From positions 1,824,001 to 1,888,000 of the forward strand of contig JASGHJ010000002.1 in assembly GCA_047602405.1 (NCBI GenBank): a DNA stretch of 64,000 nucleotides, written 5' to 3'. Positions 9,608 through 21,847 of the stretch are shown here, in pieces. The stretch is from Anaeromyxobacteraceae bacterium (GTDB lineage: Bacteria; Myxococcota; Myxococcia; Myxococcales; Anaeromyxobacteraceae). Under the pieces are notes generated by a model. It ran no database searches, was not told the origin of the DNA, and saw nothing but the letters and a program-made list of their open reading frames with translations. The first letter of the stretch is position 1; every line of letters begins with the position of its first letter. A program made the position numbers and the translations under genes.

Positions 9608-10151
9608 TCAATGGCCCTCAGCCTCCTGATTGGGATCGGGAGATGGGCGGCGACGAGTCTCAAGGTACGGGGCCAGCGCCCGCATGAGGTCCAGTTCGGG
9701 ACTTCTGCCAGCCCTCGGGACATCCCCCCCCTTGAAGTAGAACTCGCGCTCCGTGTCCCCCACCCGAACGCGAAGCAGGAAATCGACGCCGTCGAATCGA
9801 GCAGTCCTGCGCGATGAAGCCCGACCTAAAGTTCTCCACGGTGTGCTCGTCTACGCTCGCAAGGCGGCGCCCGAGGCCGACCCTAGGATCGAGTTTGACC
9901 CGCCTGACGAGCCCCTTCGTAAGCCGCTGGATAGCCTCATCCCCGTGGACGAGCACGTACGCGTAGTAACCATCCCAGGCGCTCGCCTCCATGTAGACGA
10001 GGCGCTCGCCCGCGGGCGGAGGGTTCGCGGACATGAATCGTTCGACGCCCTGGGCCACCTTGTCCCCGTTGACGGTCGCGCAGGCGGACCCGAGCACAGC
10101 AACGGCGAGCGGCGCGATGAGCCTGAGCGTGATGAGCCTGAGGTGTTCCAT
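9608..10151 (-). CDS. Hypothetical lipoprotein (islet cargo); probable +1 frameshift at 9794-9798
   Basis: Signal peptide ending LGSAC; removing one base at GAATC gives protein-like C-terminus CSIDGVDFLLRVRVGDTEREFYF to stop at 9608. Confidence 0.55.
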
Positions 10152-10258
10152 GCCGGAAGCATGGCGCCCGCGTTGACCCAGAGTGCGGACTAGAATGGGG
10201 CCCTCTTGGGCCGTTCGCCCATCACCCAGGTTGTCACCTCTGGCCGCCCGGGAAAGGA

Positions 10259-10293
10259 AACGGGGGGTCAGCGATGTTCGCTAACCCCCCGTT
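10259..10293 (-). terminator. Hairpin, probable terminator directly downstream of tRNA-Val
   Basis: AACGGGGGG...CCCCCCGTT stem followed by TCCTTT on minus strand. Confidence 0.6.
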
Positions 10294-10302
10294 AACCTTG
10301 TG

Positions 10303-10374
10303 TGGGCAGCACAGGGCTCGAACCTGTGACCCTCCCCGTGTGAAGGGGATGCTCTACCGCTGAGCTAGCCGCCC
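10303..10374 (-). tRNA. tRNA-Val (anticodon CAC), CCA not encoded
   Basis: GGGCGGC acceptor, TAGCTCAGCGGTAGAGC D-arm, TCCCC-TTCACAC-GGGGA anticodon arm, GGTTCGAG T-arm. Confidence 0.95.
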
Positions 10375-10431
10375 GGGTGCTTCTGCTGTGTTACAGCGGA
10401 ACCGGTGAAACAACTGCTGAAACGGCGGCGG

Positions 10432-10460
10432 AGTATGCCGTCCGGTCGGGGGCCTGTCAA
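10432..10460 (-). promoter_or_regulatory. Sigma70-type promoter of tRNA-Val
   Basis: TTGACA-N17-CATACT upstream of the tRNA. Confidence 0.65.
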
Positions 10461-10805
10461 CGAGGCTTCGCAGGGCCCTTCCCGTTCGACCGGGGGTGGT
10501 CCTGCTCCTCGTCGGCGGCGTCCGCGGCGTCGGCCGCGAGCTGCTCGGAGAGCTCCCGGGCCTTGCGCTTGATGCGCGCGAGCTGCTTCGCGAGCTCCTG
10601 GTACTCCTCGCGCCCGGGCACGCCGGCGGCCTTCAGGAGCGCCGCCTGGGCCTCCTCGAGCTTCTCCTTGCCCTTCTGGGCCAGGCCGACGGCGGTCGCC
10701 ACGGCCTCCTTGCCGCGCGGGTCGTTCATCACGGTGTCCGCGGCCTTCACGACGAACTTCGTGCCCTGCTCGAGGATGAGAATCGGTGAGGCCCTTCTTC
10801 GACAT
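10457..10805 (-). CDS. Small helical hypothetical protein (phasin-like pattern); probable frameshift at 10780-10784
   Basis: MSKKGLTD joins (L)ILEQGTKFVVKAAD on removal of one base; GVPGREEYQELAKQLARI motif; coiled-coil tail. Confidence 0.6.
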
Positions 10806-10834
10806 GACTGTCCTGCCCTTCGAGGCGCCGCCCT

Positions 10835-11246
10835 TCATTGAAACTCGGTCGTGACCGCCGCCAGCGCGGCGTCCACCACCCGACGGTACTCCACCCGGCG
10901 GACGAGCGCCTCCAGAATCTCCCTCGACCCGCACCCGGCCCGACAGCGCCGCCTTCACCGGGTCCTCGCCCCGCATGACCGCCCGCCAGACGCCGTAGGG
11001 CGCCCGGAAGACGTAGGCGGGCTCGAGCTCGAGGAGATCGTCGGGGTCCGGCAGGAGGCGGCACCCGACCACCCGCCCGCCCTCGTGCCGCCCGTAGGCG
11101 GCGACGTCCCGGGGCCAGCCCGCGCCGTCCCGCCCGACCACGAGCCCGCCGTCGCGGCCCAGGCCCGCGAGCGCCCGCGGCAGCTCGGGCTGCCGGTTCA
11201 GCGCCTCGACGACGGCGGCGAGCCACTCCTTCGACGCGAACCGCAT
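10835..11246 (-). CDS. SCP2 sterol/lipid-binding domain protein; probable frameshift at 10915-10919
   Basis: MRFASKEW start; APYGVW...DPVKAALSGRVRVEGD(L) SCP2 signature. Confidence 0.75.
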
Positions 11247-11248
11247 GG

Positions 11249-12856
<1,608 letters not shown>

Positions 12857-12938
12857 CTCCCCGGATCCCTAGCACGGAATCCGGCCCACCCCCAGTCGTT
12901 GGCCCCGCCCTCCGCCCGCCGCGCGAGCGGTCGGCGCC

Positions 12939-15900
12939 CTACGGGGCCACGACGTAACGGGCGCGCACCTCGAGGTAGTCGAGGCTCACCTCCCCGTCGC
13001 CGGTGGCGCGCCCGGTGGCAGGCAACCGGCACTGCACGGGCAGGTGCTGCCCGAGCAGGTACTGGGAGGGCGCCGCGCCCAGCGGCACCGACCAGTCGAG
13101 CAGCGCGGGAGCGTCCGCGGTGGCGGCGTTGCCCGCGACGAGCTCCCAGCCCGAGCGCAGGGTGGCGCCGTAGGCCCGCCAGAGCGCGAGCGTCGCGCCG
13201 CGATCGGAGGCGCCCCGCGGAGCCCATGCGCCGCCGCAGGCCGCCCGCACGCGCAGCCCCGCGAGCGTCGCGAGGTCGAACCCGCCCGCGCCGAGGTCGA
13301 GGTCCGCGTGCACCGCCGGGCTCTTCGCCGGATCGAGCTCCGCCTCCCACAGCCCCCGGGACCACGGGTTGATCACGTCGCCGCTCCCGGCGTCTCCGCC
13401 GAAGAGCACGAGCGTCCGGCGCAGGGTGTCGTAGCCCATGCCGAAGCCCGCCCGCGGCGACGGGGGCGTCCCGTAGGTCGCGCGCTGGCGCCAGCGGGCG
13501 CCGTCCCACTCCCAGAAGTCGTTGAAGTAGGTGTAGGGGAACGCGCCCGTCCGTCCGCCGAACATCATGACGACGCCGCGGTCCGGGTCGTAGGCCATGC
13601 GGTGGTCGCACCGGGCGGCGGGCCAGGGCTCGCTGGCCGCGGGCTGCCTGCGCGTCCACGCGCCGACCGTGGGCGACGTGGCGTCACCGTCCCACTCCCA
13701 CAGCTCGTCGAGCGCGGTGGTCCCGGCGCAGCCGCCGAACGCCACGATGACCCCGCCCCGCACCGGGCTGTAGGCGAGCGCCGGAGCGCGCCGGGCGCCC
13801 GGCTGCGTCCCGCCCGCCGGCGTGCGGTCGAGCCAGGCGGCGCCGGTCCACTCCCAGACGCGGTTGTCCGAGCCGCCGAACAGCACGCCGCGTCCGCGGC
13901 CGAGATCCCAGGCCATCGCGGCGGGATCGCGCGTGCCCGGGTTCGAGGTCGACGCGAGCGTCGCCCAGCCGCCCGCCTCGGTCCACCGCGCCACGTCGTT
14001 GTTGGCGGTCGTGACGTAGCCGCCGAAGAGGAAGAACCTCCCGCCCGCGGCGGGATCGTACACGAGGGCCGAGTCGCGCCGGGCGGTCGTCGCGCCCGCG
14101 TTCCACCAGCGCGTCCCGTCCCAGCGGTAGTACTGGCCGATCGCGTCCACCGAGCCAGGCCCGGCCTGCCCGCCCACCACGTAACACCCGCCGCTCCCGA
14201 CCGGCGTGCACGCCAGCCCGGGACCGCGCACGGCGGCGGGCGGGCCCGGCGGCGTGGCCGGGCACGGCCACCCGGTCGCCGTCAGGCGGAGCTCGTAGGC
14301 GAAGATGCCGGACGTGAGGTCGCGGCCGCCGAAGAGCATCGTCGCGTGCGCGAGCGGGCTGTGGGCGAGCTGGATCGAGCGGCGCCGGATGGGCTCGCAG
14401 CCGGTGTACGGCCCGTTGATCGCGGCCCAGCCCTTCGACGTCCACCGGTAGGTGAGCTGCGTCTCGTCGTTGACGTAGCCGCCGGTCATCACCACCGCGC
14501 CGAGATCGGCGTCGTAGACCATCGCGTGGCCCGAGCGGGCCGGAGGTGCGACGGTCCCCGACCACGGGCTCCAGTCCTTCCCGTCCCAGAGCCAGGTGTC
14601 GGGGAGGTCGCCGCCCGCGCCCTTGCCGCCGAAGAGCACCACCTGCCCGAGCGCCGGGTCGTAGCCGAGGGCGTGCTCGGCGCGCGGCGCGAGCGCGGGC
14701 GGGACCGGCAGCGACCGCCAGCCCTTGCCGTCCCAGATCCACGCGTCCGCGAGCGGCGTGCCGGCTGCGTCCCTGCCGCCGACGAGCAGGACCTGCCCGC
14801 GATCCACGAGGTCCACCATCGCGGCCGCCCGGCGCGGCGACGGCCCCGCGCCCGTCGCGAAGCGCCGGCCCCAGGCGGAGCCGTTCCAGGTCCACAGGGC
14901 GTCGGTGGCGGTGGCGCCCGGGCCGCCGCCGAAGACGAGGACGACCGAGCGCGCGCTGTCGTAGACCATGGCGTGCCCCGACAGCGGGCCCGGCCCCTCC
15001 CCGGCGTACGGACGCGCGCGCCACGCGCCGTCCCACTCCCAGACGTCCGCGAGCGTCCCCTCGTTGGCGTTGCCGCCGTACATCACGATGACGCCGCGGC
15101 TCGGGTCGTAGGTCATCGCGTGGGCCTCGCGGGCCGGCGGCACCGGGGCGGCCTCACCGGCGACGGCGAACGGGATGCCGAACTCGGCGCGCAGGCCGGT
15201 CCCGTCGAGCCCGGCCACGGCGGCGTCGTCGCCGACGCGCACGGTGCGCTCGTCCACGTAGGTCGCCTGCGCCGCCGGCCGGGTCTCGAGGCGATGCGGC
15301 CCCGCGTCGCCCACGGTCCCGCGGAGGGTGCCGACCCACTCGACGTTCCGGACGGCCACCGGCGCGCTGGCGTTGCCCGCGTCGTCGAGGCCGCGCACCC
15401 AGACGCGGGGCGCATCGCTCGCGAGCGGCGTGCGCGGCCACGCGCCGCCCGCGCCCGGGGTGAGCTCCGCGAGCAGCCCGAACCCGTCCTTGCTCGCGAG
15501 CACCTGCACGCGGCGGAGCGGCGCGGCGCCGCCGAAGGAGAAGGTCCCGGCCGGCAGCGTCGCGCTCCCGCCCAGGGTGTCGGCCGGGGCGAGCTCGAAG
15601 TAGGGGCCGGCCGGCAGGACCCACCCGGCCACGGTCTCGCTCACCTGGTTGCCCGTGGGCGAGCGGACGAAGGTCACCGCACCCTGGTTCACGACGAGGG
15701 CCGGCGCGGCCTGCCGGACCACCACGGACGGGCCCGGCAGCGGGGCCGACGCGTTCCCGGCGGCGTCCCGCAGGGTCACGACGGTCGCGAGCGTGCCGGA
15801 GGAGGTCCCGGCGTTCGCGAGCCCGGTGAACGCGGCGGTCCCGGCGGCCCCGGACACGGCCGGGACGAAGTCCAGGCCGGCGGGCGCGGTGGTCTCGAGC

Positions 15901-16542
15901 GCCTGCAGCGCGGCGTCGGCGAGGGGCTCGTCCGCGTCGAGCTCGACCCTGATCTCGGTCCCGCCCGTGGCTGCGGCGAGGTCGGCCTCCGCGAGCGGGT
16001 TCGCCGGCCCGGGCAGGTACCTGACCCGGGCCGTGGTCAGGCCGGGCGGGGTGCGATTCGTAGGTCACGCTGCCGAGCGCGACCCCGAGGTTCTCGGCGC
16101 CCGTGGCGCCGACGAGGCTCGCGCTGACGGCGTACGTGCCCTCCGGCTCGGGGGTGCCGCCCTGACCGAAGCGGCGCCCGAGGACGTACCTCCGGCCGCT
16201 GGCGCTCACGACCTCGAGCGGGATGGAAGTCGTCCCGAGCGTCGCGACCACCTGGGGCGGCCCCGCGAGGTCGGCGGTGGCCTCGAGCTCGACCGTGAGG
16301 ATCCCTTGCGCCGCGAGGAGCGCGGGCTGGACCCGCGTCGAGGCCGCGACGAGCCCCGGGGCCGGGTCGCCGGCGCGCTCGGTCGAGACGCAGCGCTGGA
16401 TGGAGGAGCGGCACGTGAACCCCGACGGGCAATCCGCGTTGCGCTCGCACGTGACGAGGGCGCCGGGGTCGACCTCGAGCTTCGGGCTGCAGGCGAGGAG
16501 TAGCGCGGCGATGGCGACCAGACCCGCGAGCTGGGCTCTCAT
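12939..16542 (-). CDS. Large (~1200 aa) lipoprotein with Cys-rich N-terminus, Ig-like region and 12 Kelch-like repeats; probable frameshift at 16055-16059
   Basis: Lipobox LLAC; removing one base (TYD-RTPPG) joins the two ORFs; repeated R..H.M.YD..RG.V.LFGG...D.WEWDG..W. Confidence 0.75.
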
Positions 16543-16608
16543 GCGGGCGAGTGTACGGCAGGCCGCCCCCGGGGCGGGTGGCCCCCGGCAGGGTCCTCAG
16601 ATGACCAC

Positions 16609-18768
16609 TCAGAAGGGCACCCCGTCGTCCTCGTCGGGCCCGGGCGCGTCCGGCGCGGCCGGCCCGGGCTCCCCGAAGAGCGCCGGGATGACCCGGGGAT
16701 CGTGCCCGAGCACGGGGACCTCGGGCGCGCCGTCGAGCGCGGGCAGGTCCGCGCCCTCGTCGAGCTGCCAGCGCTCGAAGAGCGGCGGCTCGGCCGGGAG
16801 CTCCTCGAGGAACCGGGAGGCCTTCATGACGACGCGCTCGCGGTCGCGCGGCGCGGCGACGACCGGATACGTGAGGTAGAGCTCGTCGCGGGCCCGGGTG
16901 CAGGCGACGTAGAAGAGCCGGCGCTCCTCCTCCTCGCCCTCGAGGTCGCGCAGCGCCTGCGAGGACGGGAAGCGCCCGTCGGCGAGCCACACCAGGAAGA
17001 CGGCCCGCCACTCGAGCCCCTTCGCCTGGTGCACCGACGAGAGCACCATCTTCTCGTCCGGCTCGGAGCCTTCCGAGACCGTCTCTGCGCTGAGCTCGGT
17101 GAGGAGCGCGATCTCGGAGAGGAACGCGTCCATGTCCTGGTACGAGCGCGCGAACTCGGCGAGCTGCCGGACGTCCTCGATGCGCGAGTCGGCGTTCAGG
17201 AACTCGGCCTTGAGGAACTCCTCGTAGCCGTCGTCGAGCACCCGCTCGATGGACTCGCCGGGGAGGTCGCAGAGGGGCTTCCGCGACAGCCGCTCGAGGA
17301 GCTCCGCGAGCCGCGCGTAGCCCGCCCGGCCCTTCGCGGGCACGTGGCAGGCGACGTCCTTCGCGGTCAGCTCCTCGACCCTCCCCTGCCCCGTCCGCCG
17401 CCGGCCCGCGAAGGCGTGCCAGACGGCCTCGGCGGTGGCGGAGCCCACGCCCGGCGCGAGCCGCATGCACCGCTTGAAGGCGAGCTCGTCGCCCGGGTTG
17501 CGCGCGAAGCGCAGGTGGGCGAGCACGTCCTTCACGTGCGCCGCCTCGAAGAAGCGCACGCCGCTGCGGACGACGAACGGGATGCCCCGCCGCGCGAGCT
17601 CGAACTGGATCTCCATCGCGTGGTGGTGGGCCCGGTAGAGCACCGCGATCTCGGGCAGCGGGATGCCCTCGTCCCTGAGCTCGAGCACCCGCTGCGCCAC
17701 GAAGGCGGCCTGCTGCTGCACGTCGCGGCAGGGCACGACCGCCGGGAGGGTGCCGTCCTTGCGAACCGCGCTGAGCTCCTTCTCGAACTGCCGGACGTTC
17801 GCCGCGATCGAGGCGTTCGCGAGCGAGAGGATCTGCGGCGTGGAGCGGTAGTTGACGGTGAGGTCGAAGCGCCGCGCGTCCGGGTAGCGCTTCTCGAACT
17901 CGAGGATGTTCTCGAAGTGGGCGCCGCGGAACGAGTAGATGCTCTGCGCGTCGTCGCCGACCACGCAGAGGTTCCGGTGCCCGGCCGCGATGAGGTCGAC
18001 GACGTCGCCCTGCAGCCGGTTCGTGTCCTGGTACTCGTCCACGAGCACGTGCTGCCAGCGGGCCTGGAGCGCCTTGCGCACCGGCTCCTTCTCGGCGAGC
18101 AGGATCTTCCAGTTGAGGAGCAGGTCGTCGAAGTCCATCGCGTTCATCCCGTGCTTGCGCTCGTGGTAGCGCCGGGCGACGCGGAGGAGGTCGTCGGTCT
18201 GGGGGGCGAACTGCGGGCGGCGGACGGCGACGAGGTCGGCGAGCGGGGTCTGCGTGTTGATGGCCATCGACACGAGGTCGAGGACGACGTCGGCCTTCGG
18301 GAACCGGCGGGCGCCCACCGCGAGGCCGCAGTCGGCGATGGCGGCGCTCATGAGGTCGCGCGCGTCCTCCCGGTCCAGGATGGAGTAGCCGGGGCGGTAG
18401 CCGAGCTGGGCGCCGTGCTCGCGCAGCACCTGGTGGGCGACGTGGTGGAACGTGCCGCCGGTGAGGCGGCGGGCGTCCACACTGCCTCTCGAAGCACCGC
18501 ACAGCTCCTCGACGCGGCCGAGCATCTCGCGCGCGGCCTTGTTGGTGAACGTGAGGAGGAGGATCGCCTCCGGCTGGACGCCCTCCGCGAGGAGCCGGGC
18601 GACGCGCCAGGTGAGCGTGCGCGTCTTGCCGGAGCCCGCGCCGGCCACGACGAGGATCGGGCCGCCGCCCGCCTCGACCACGGCGATCTGCTGCTCGTTG
18701 AGCAGGCCCACGTAGTTGAGGGCGCGGGCGGGGACCGCGGCGGGCTTGAGCTGGTAGCGACGGGACAT
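16609..18768 (-). CDS. UvrD/PcrA/Rep family ATP-dependent DNA helicase
   Basis: AGAGSGKT, LVDEYQD, GDDAQSIYSFRGA, SVHQAKGLEW, EERRLFYVACTRA. Confidence 0.95.
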   Translation of the reverse strand: MSRRYQLKPAAVPARALNYVGLLNEQQIAVVEAGGGPILVVAGAGSGKTRTLTWRVARLLAEGVQPEAILLLTFTNKAAREMLGRVEELCGASRGSVDARRLTGGTFHHVAHQVLREHGAQLGYRPGYSILDREDARDLMSAAIADCGLAVGARRFPKADVVLDLVSMAINTQTPLADLVAVRRPQFAPQTDDLLRVARRYHERKHGMNAMDFDDLLLNWKILLAEKEPVRKALQARWQHVLVDEYQDTNRLQGDVVDLIAAGHRNLCVVGDDAQSIYSFRGAHFENILEFEKRYPDARRFDLTVNYRSTPQILSLANASIAANVRQFEKELSAVRKDGTLPAVVPCRDVQQQAAFVAQRVLELRDEGIPLPEIAVLYRAHHHAMEIQFELARRGIPFVVRSGVRFFEAAHVKDVLAHLRFARNPGDELAFKRCMRLAPGVGSATAEAVWHAFAGRRRTGQGRVEELTAKDVACHVPAKGRAGYARLAELLERLSRKPLCDLPGESIERVLDDGYEEFLKAEFLNADSRIEDVRQLAEFARSYQDMDAFLSEIALLTELSAETVSEGSEPDEKMVLSSVHQAKGLEWRAVFLVWLADGRFPSSQALRDLEGEEEERRLFYVACTRARDELYLTYPVVAAPRDRERVVMKASRFLEELPAEPPLFERWQLDEGADLPALDGAPEVPVLGHDPRVIPALFGEPGPAAPDAPGPDEDDGVPF

Positions 18769-18863
18769 ACGTTCAGGAGCGTCCACCCTACCAGCGACCT
18801 CCGACACCGCCGCTCCGACGGCAGCACCCCGGGAGTCCCGACTCGGTGGTACACCTCGCGGCC

Positions 18864-19364
18864 ATGGGAAAGTCCGGCGGCCTCATCCTGCTCGCCCTCG
18901 GCGGGCTCGTCGCCTCGCTCGCGGGCCAGACGACCTGGTCCACCTGGCAGAACCTCTCCGCGGGCCCCGTCGCCGCGACCGTCGCCTCGGCGCCGGCGGA
19001 GCGGTGGATCACGCTCGAGGACGCGGCGGTGCGCTGCGACACCCGCCGGACCGCCGGGCGCTCGGCGTTCTACGAGGCGTCCCCCAGGGCGGGCGGCGAG
19101 GTCTTCCTCGTGCAGGCGGCCGAGGACCAGCCGTGCGAGGGGCTGGTGCTCCAGGGCGGCTTCGGCCGCGACCGGCTGACGGCGGAGAACATCCGCTCCC
19201 GGCTCGGCGTCGAGCCGCCGAAGCAGGGCGACGCGCGGGTCTTCAACGTGCTCGGTCCCGACTTCATGAAGCGCGCGCTCTACGTCGCCGGCCCGATGTT
19301 CCTGCTCGGGCTCGCGACGATCGCGCTCGGCCTGCGCCGGTACCGCGCGGCGCAGCGTCAATAG
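18864..19364 (+). CDS. Hypothetical membrane protein
   Basis: N- and C-terminal hydrophobic segments flanking a two-Cys extracytoplasmic domain. Confidence 0.65.
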   Translation: MGKSGGLILLALGGLVASLAGQTTWSTWQNLSAGPVAATVASAPAERWITLEDAAVRCDTRRTAGRSAFYEASPRAGGEVFLVQAAEDQPCEGLVLQGGFGRDRLTAENIRSRLGVEPPKQGDARVFNVLGPDFMKRALYVAGPMFLLGLATIALGLRRYRAAQRQ

Positions 19365-21004
19365 TCGGCGTACACCGTGGCGTTGCCGGCGATCCCCACC
19401 GGCGGGCTCTGGCCGGAGATTGGCACGCGCGCGAGCGCCGCGAGCCTCAGCCCCACGTGCGGGTTGAAGGCGATCGCGCTGCCGAGCGAGAGCCCCGCCT
19501 CGTCCTGGAACAGCCCCAGCGACGACTCGTGCGAGTACGTCGCGCGGGCGGTGAGCCGGAGCGCCTCGCCCGCCCTCCAGCCGACCTGCGTGTAGGCGCT
19601 CCGGCCGTCGAGCCACCCGCGCTCCTCGAGGTAGCCGAGCACGAGATCGATCCGGTTCCCGAGCAGGCGCAGCGCGGAGAGCTCCGGGCCCACCCACGCC
19701 CGGTTCAGCTTCGAGTCGGTGTCGCGGGACGCGCCGCCCACGACCGCGAGGCGCAGGTACCGCCAGGCGTCGAACGAGACGAAGCCGTCGGCGGCGTCGC
19801 CGCGGCCCGGGTAGACCGAGGGCTCGAGCAGGCGGTCCGGCCACGCGAGCGCCTGGCGGCGCGCGCCCAGCCCGACGAGGAGGCTCTGGAACGGGTGCAG
19901 CGTGACGTCCACGCGGGCGAGGTCGAGCTTGCCGGGCGCGGAGACCTGCCCGCCGGCGCCGAGGCGCGCCTCCGCGTTGACGTCGACCGCCTTCGCCCAC
20001 GCCCGCGCGCCCAGGTCCACCTCGACGCGCGAGCCGAGCTCCGGCGACTTCACGAACGCGAGGCGCCCGTCGGTGGCGACCTGCACGCCGCTCGCGAACA
20101 CCTTGCCGATCGACCACGTCCCGCCCGCGGTCACCCGCTCGGTGCCGGGGGTGAGCGTGTCCGGCGCCGGCAGCGCGCCGGCGTAGAGGCCGAGGCGGGC
20201 CGGGCCGGTGTCGAACCGCGCCGACACGCCGTCCACCACCGTCGCGCCCAGGGCGCCGAAGGACCGCAGGCGGCCGGCCGAGAAGGTCGCGAAGGAGATC
20301 GGCGCGTTCACCTGCGCCTGCCAGACGTGGATGCGGGTGGCGGGCCCCTCCCCGAGGTCGTGCGAGTCGGGCACCCACCGCTCGGCGCGCGCGTCGAGGT
20401 CGAGCGTGAAGCGGCCGCCGACCGGGACGCCGTGGAGCATGACGTCGACGCGCGCGGCCTCGCGGTCCTGCCCCGGGCCGGTGGACGTCCAGGCCCAGGC
20501 AGAGAGCCCGAGCTCCGCGTTCCGGGCGGTGGGGCCGGCCGGCCGCGGGCCGGTCGCCTTGAAGACGACCTGCGGCAGCGGGGGCGCCGCCGCGACGAAC
20601 GAGGCCCGGCGCGCGAGCTCGTCGTCCTCGACCAGCGGCTCGAGCGTCTTCACCTCGCCGCCGGCCGGAGCGCCGGCCTGGAAGTATGCGTCGTCGCCCT
20701 TCCTGAGCCCGGCGACCGCGCACGAGGCGTTGTGATCTCCCACCTGGTCGACGGTGCAGCGCCCGACCACCTCGGCGCGGCGCTTGAAGGTGACCTGCTC
20801 GCCGAGCGACAGGCCGTCCACCGCGCCCGCGTCGAGGTAGGCGCGCGTGGCGGACAGGTAGACGACGTCGGCGGTGCCCGCCCTGTGGCTGGCGCGGCGC
20901 GGGCCGCCCTCCTCGAGCGGCGAGGCGCGCAGCACGACCGCCGGCGGGCGGGCGCCGGGCGCGAGGGCGACGAGAACGGCGAGGGCGAGGCCGAGGGTCT
21001 CCAT
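19358..21004 (-). CDS. Putative outer-membrane beta-barrel (porin) with N-terminal beta domain
   Basis: Signal peptide; long run of amphipathic beta-strand patterns; C-terminal aromatic (ATVYADY); last gene of the cytochrome operon. Confidence 0.7.
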   Translation of the reverse strand: METLGLALAVLVALAPGARPPAVVLRASPLEEGGPRRASHRAGTADVVYLSATRAYLDAGAVDGLSLGEQVTFKRRAEVVGRCTVDQVGDHNASCAVAGLRKGDDAYFQAGAPAGGEVKTLEPLVEDDELARRASFVAAAPPLPQVVFKATGPRPAGPTARNAELGLSAWAWTSTGPGQDREAARVDVMLHGVPVGGRFTLDLDARAERWVPDSHDLGEGPATRIHVWQAQVNAPISFATFSAGRLRSFGALGATVVDGVSARFDTGPARLGLYAGALPAPDTLTPGTERVTAGGTWSIGKVFASGVQVATDGRLAFVKSPELGSRVEVDLGARAWAKAVDVNAEARLGAGGQVSAPGKLDLARVDVTLHPFQSLLVGLGARRQALAWPDRLLEPSVYPGRGDAADGFVSFDAWRYLRLAVVGGASRDTDSKLNRAWVGPELSALRLLGNRIDLVLGYLEERGWLDGRSAYTQVGWRAGEALRLTARATYSHESSLGLFQDEAGLSLGSAIAFNPHVGLRLAALARVPISGQSPPVGIAGNATVYADY

Positions 21005-21007
21005 CCG

Positions 21008-21847
21008 TCAGTCTCCGTTGCCGGCCGGGTGGCACCGCAGGCAGGCGGCCGTCGCGTACTCGTAGCCCTGCCTGCCCGCGTGCTGCCGATCCATCTCGCT
21101 CCGCGAGTGGCAGCCGGAGCAGTCCTTCACCGAGAAGTCCGCGGCCCAGGGCCGGTCGGAGCGGAGCGAGGGATGGCAGGTGAGGCAGTTCCCGCCCCTC
21201 GCCGGGCCGTGCTTCCCCGACGCGATCCCGAACGGCTGGTGCGCCGACACCCGGTCCACCTGCCCTTCGCCGTGGCAGCGCACGCACTGCATCGAGCCGA
21301 AGGCGTACCCCGTCGTCGGGTCGGGCTTCACGAGCACGTGGGCGGACGCCATCGCCGGCTGCTCGTGGCCGTGGCAGCCGGCGCACCCGAGCACCTTCCG
21401 GTCCGTCGGCTGCACGTGGCAGTCGGCGCACCTCGCCGTGGCGTGCTTCGTCGCGGCGCCGATCGGGAAGTACTTCTGCGTGTGCACCGCCGGGTCGATG
21501 CCCGAGGCGGTCCCGTCGGAGTGGCAGAGCTTGCAGCCCTGGCTCGGCACGGACCGGTCCGCGGCCGAGAAATCCGGGAAGCCCGCCTGGCCCACGTGCT
21601 TCGCCTGGAGGTTCGCCGCGTCGGCCGCGGTGCCCGCGTGGCACGTCACGCAGTCGAACCTGCGGAACGTCTCGTAGGAGCCGTGGCACTCCTCGCACGA
21701 GACGCCGGCGTGGTTGCTCGCGGCCTCGATGGGGAAGTAACTCGCCCCGTGCGAGTCGCGCGACGGCATGGTGAGCCAGGGGGCGTTCCCCCCGTTGCAC
21801 GCCGCGAGCAGCGCCACGGCCGTGAGCGCGGAGAGGCGGGCCCTCAC
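21008..21847 (-). CDS. Nine-heme c-type cytochrome lipoprotein
   Basis: GTG overlaps upstream stop; lipobox LAAC; 9 CxxCH motifs in three tri-heme units. Confidence 0.9.
   Translation of the reverse strand: MRARLSALTAVALLAACNGGNAPWLTMPSRDSHGASYFPIEAASNHAGVSCEECHGSYETFRRFDCVTCHAGTAADAANLQAKHVGQAGFPDFSAADRSVPSQGCKLCHSDGTASGIDPAVHTQKYFPIGAATKHATARCADCHVQPTDRKVLGCAGCHGHEQPAMASAHVLVKPDPTTGYAFGSMQCVRCHGEGQVDRVSAHQPFGIASGKHGPARGGNCLTCHPSLRSDRPWAADFSVKDCSGCHSRSEMDRQHAGRQGYEYATAACLRCHPAGNGD

Larger units (their letters stand above)
9253..10335. mobile_element. Remnant tRNA-Val-integrated islet (~1.05 kb, no integrase)
   Basis: Bounded by the 36-bp tRNA 3' direct repeat; visibly lower GC; one cargo lipoprotein. 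Confidence 0.7.

Noticed and set aside
9317..9629. Short plus-strand ORFs inside the tRNA islet
   Set aside because: No motifs, weak coding signal; cannot be supported
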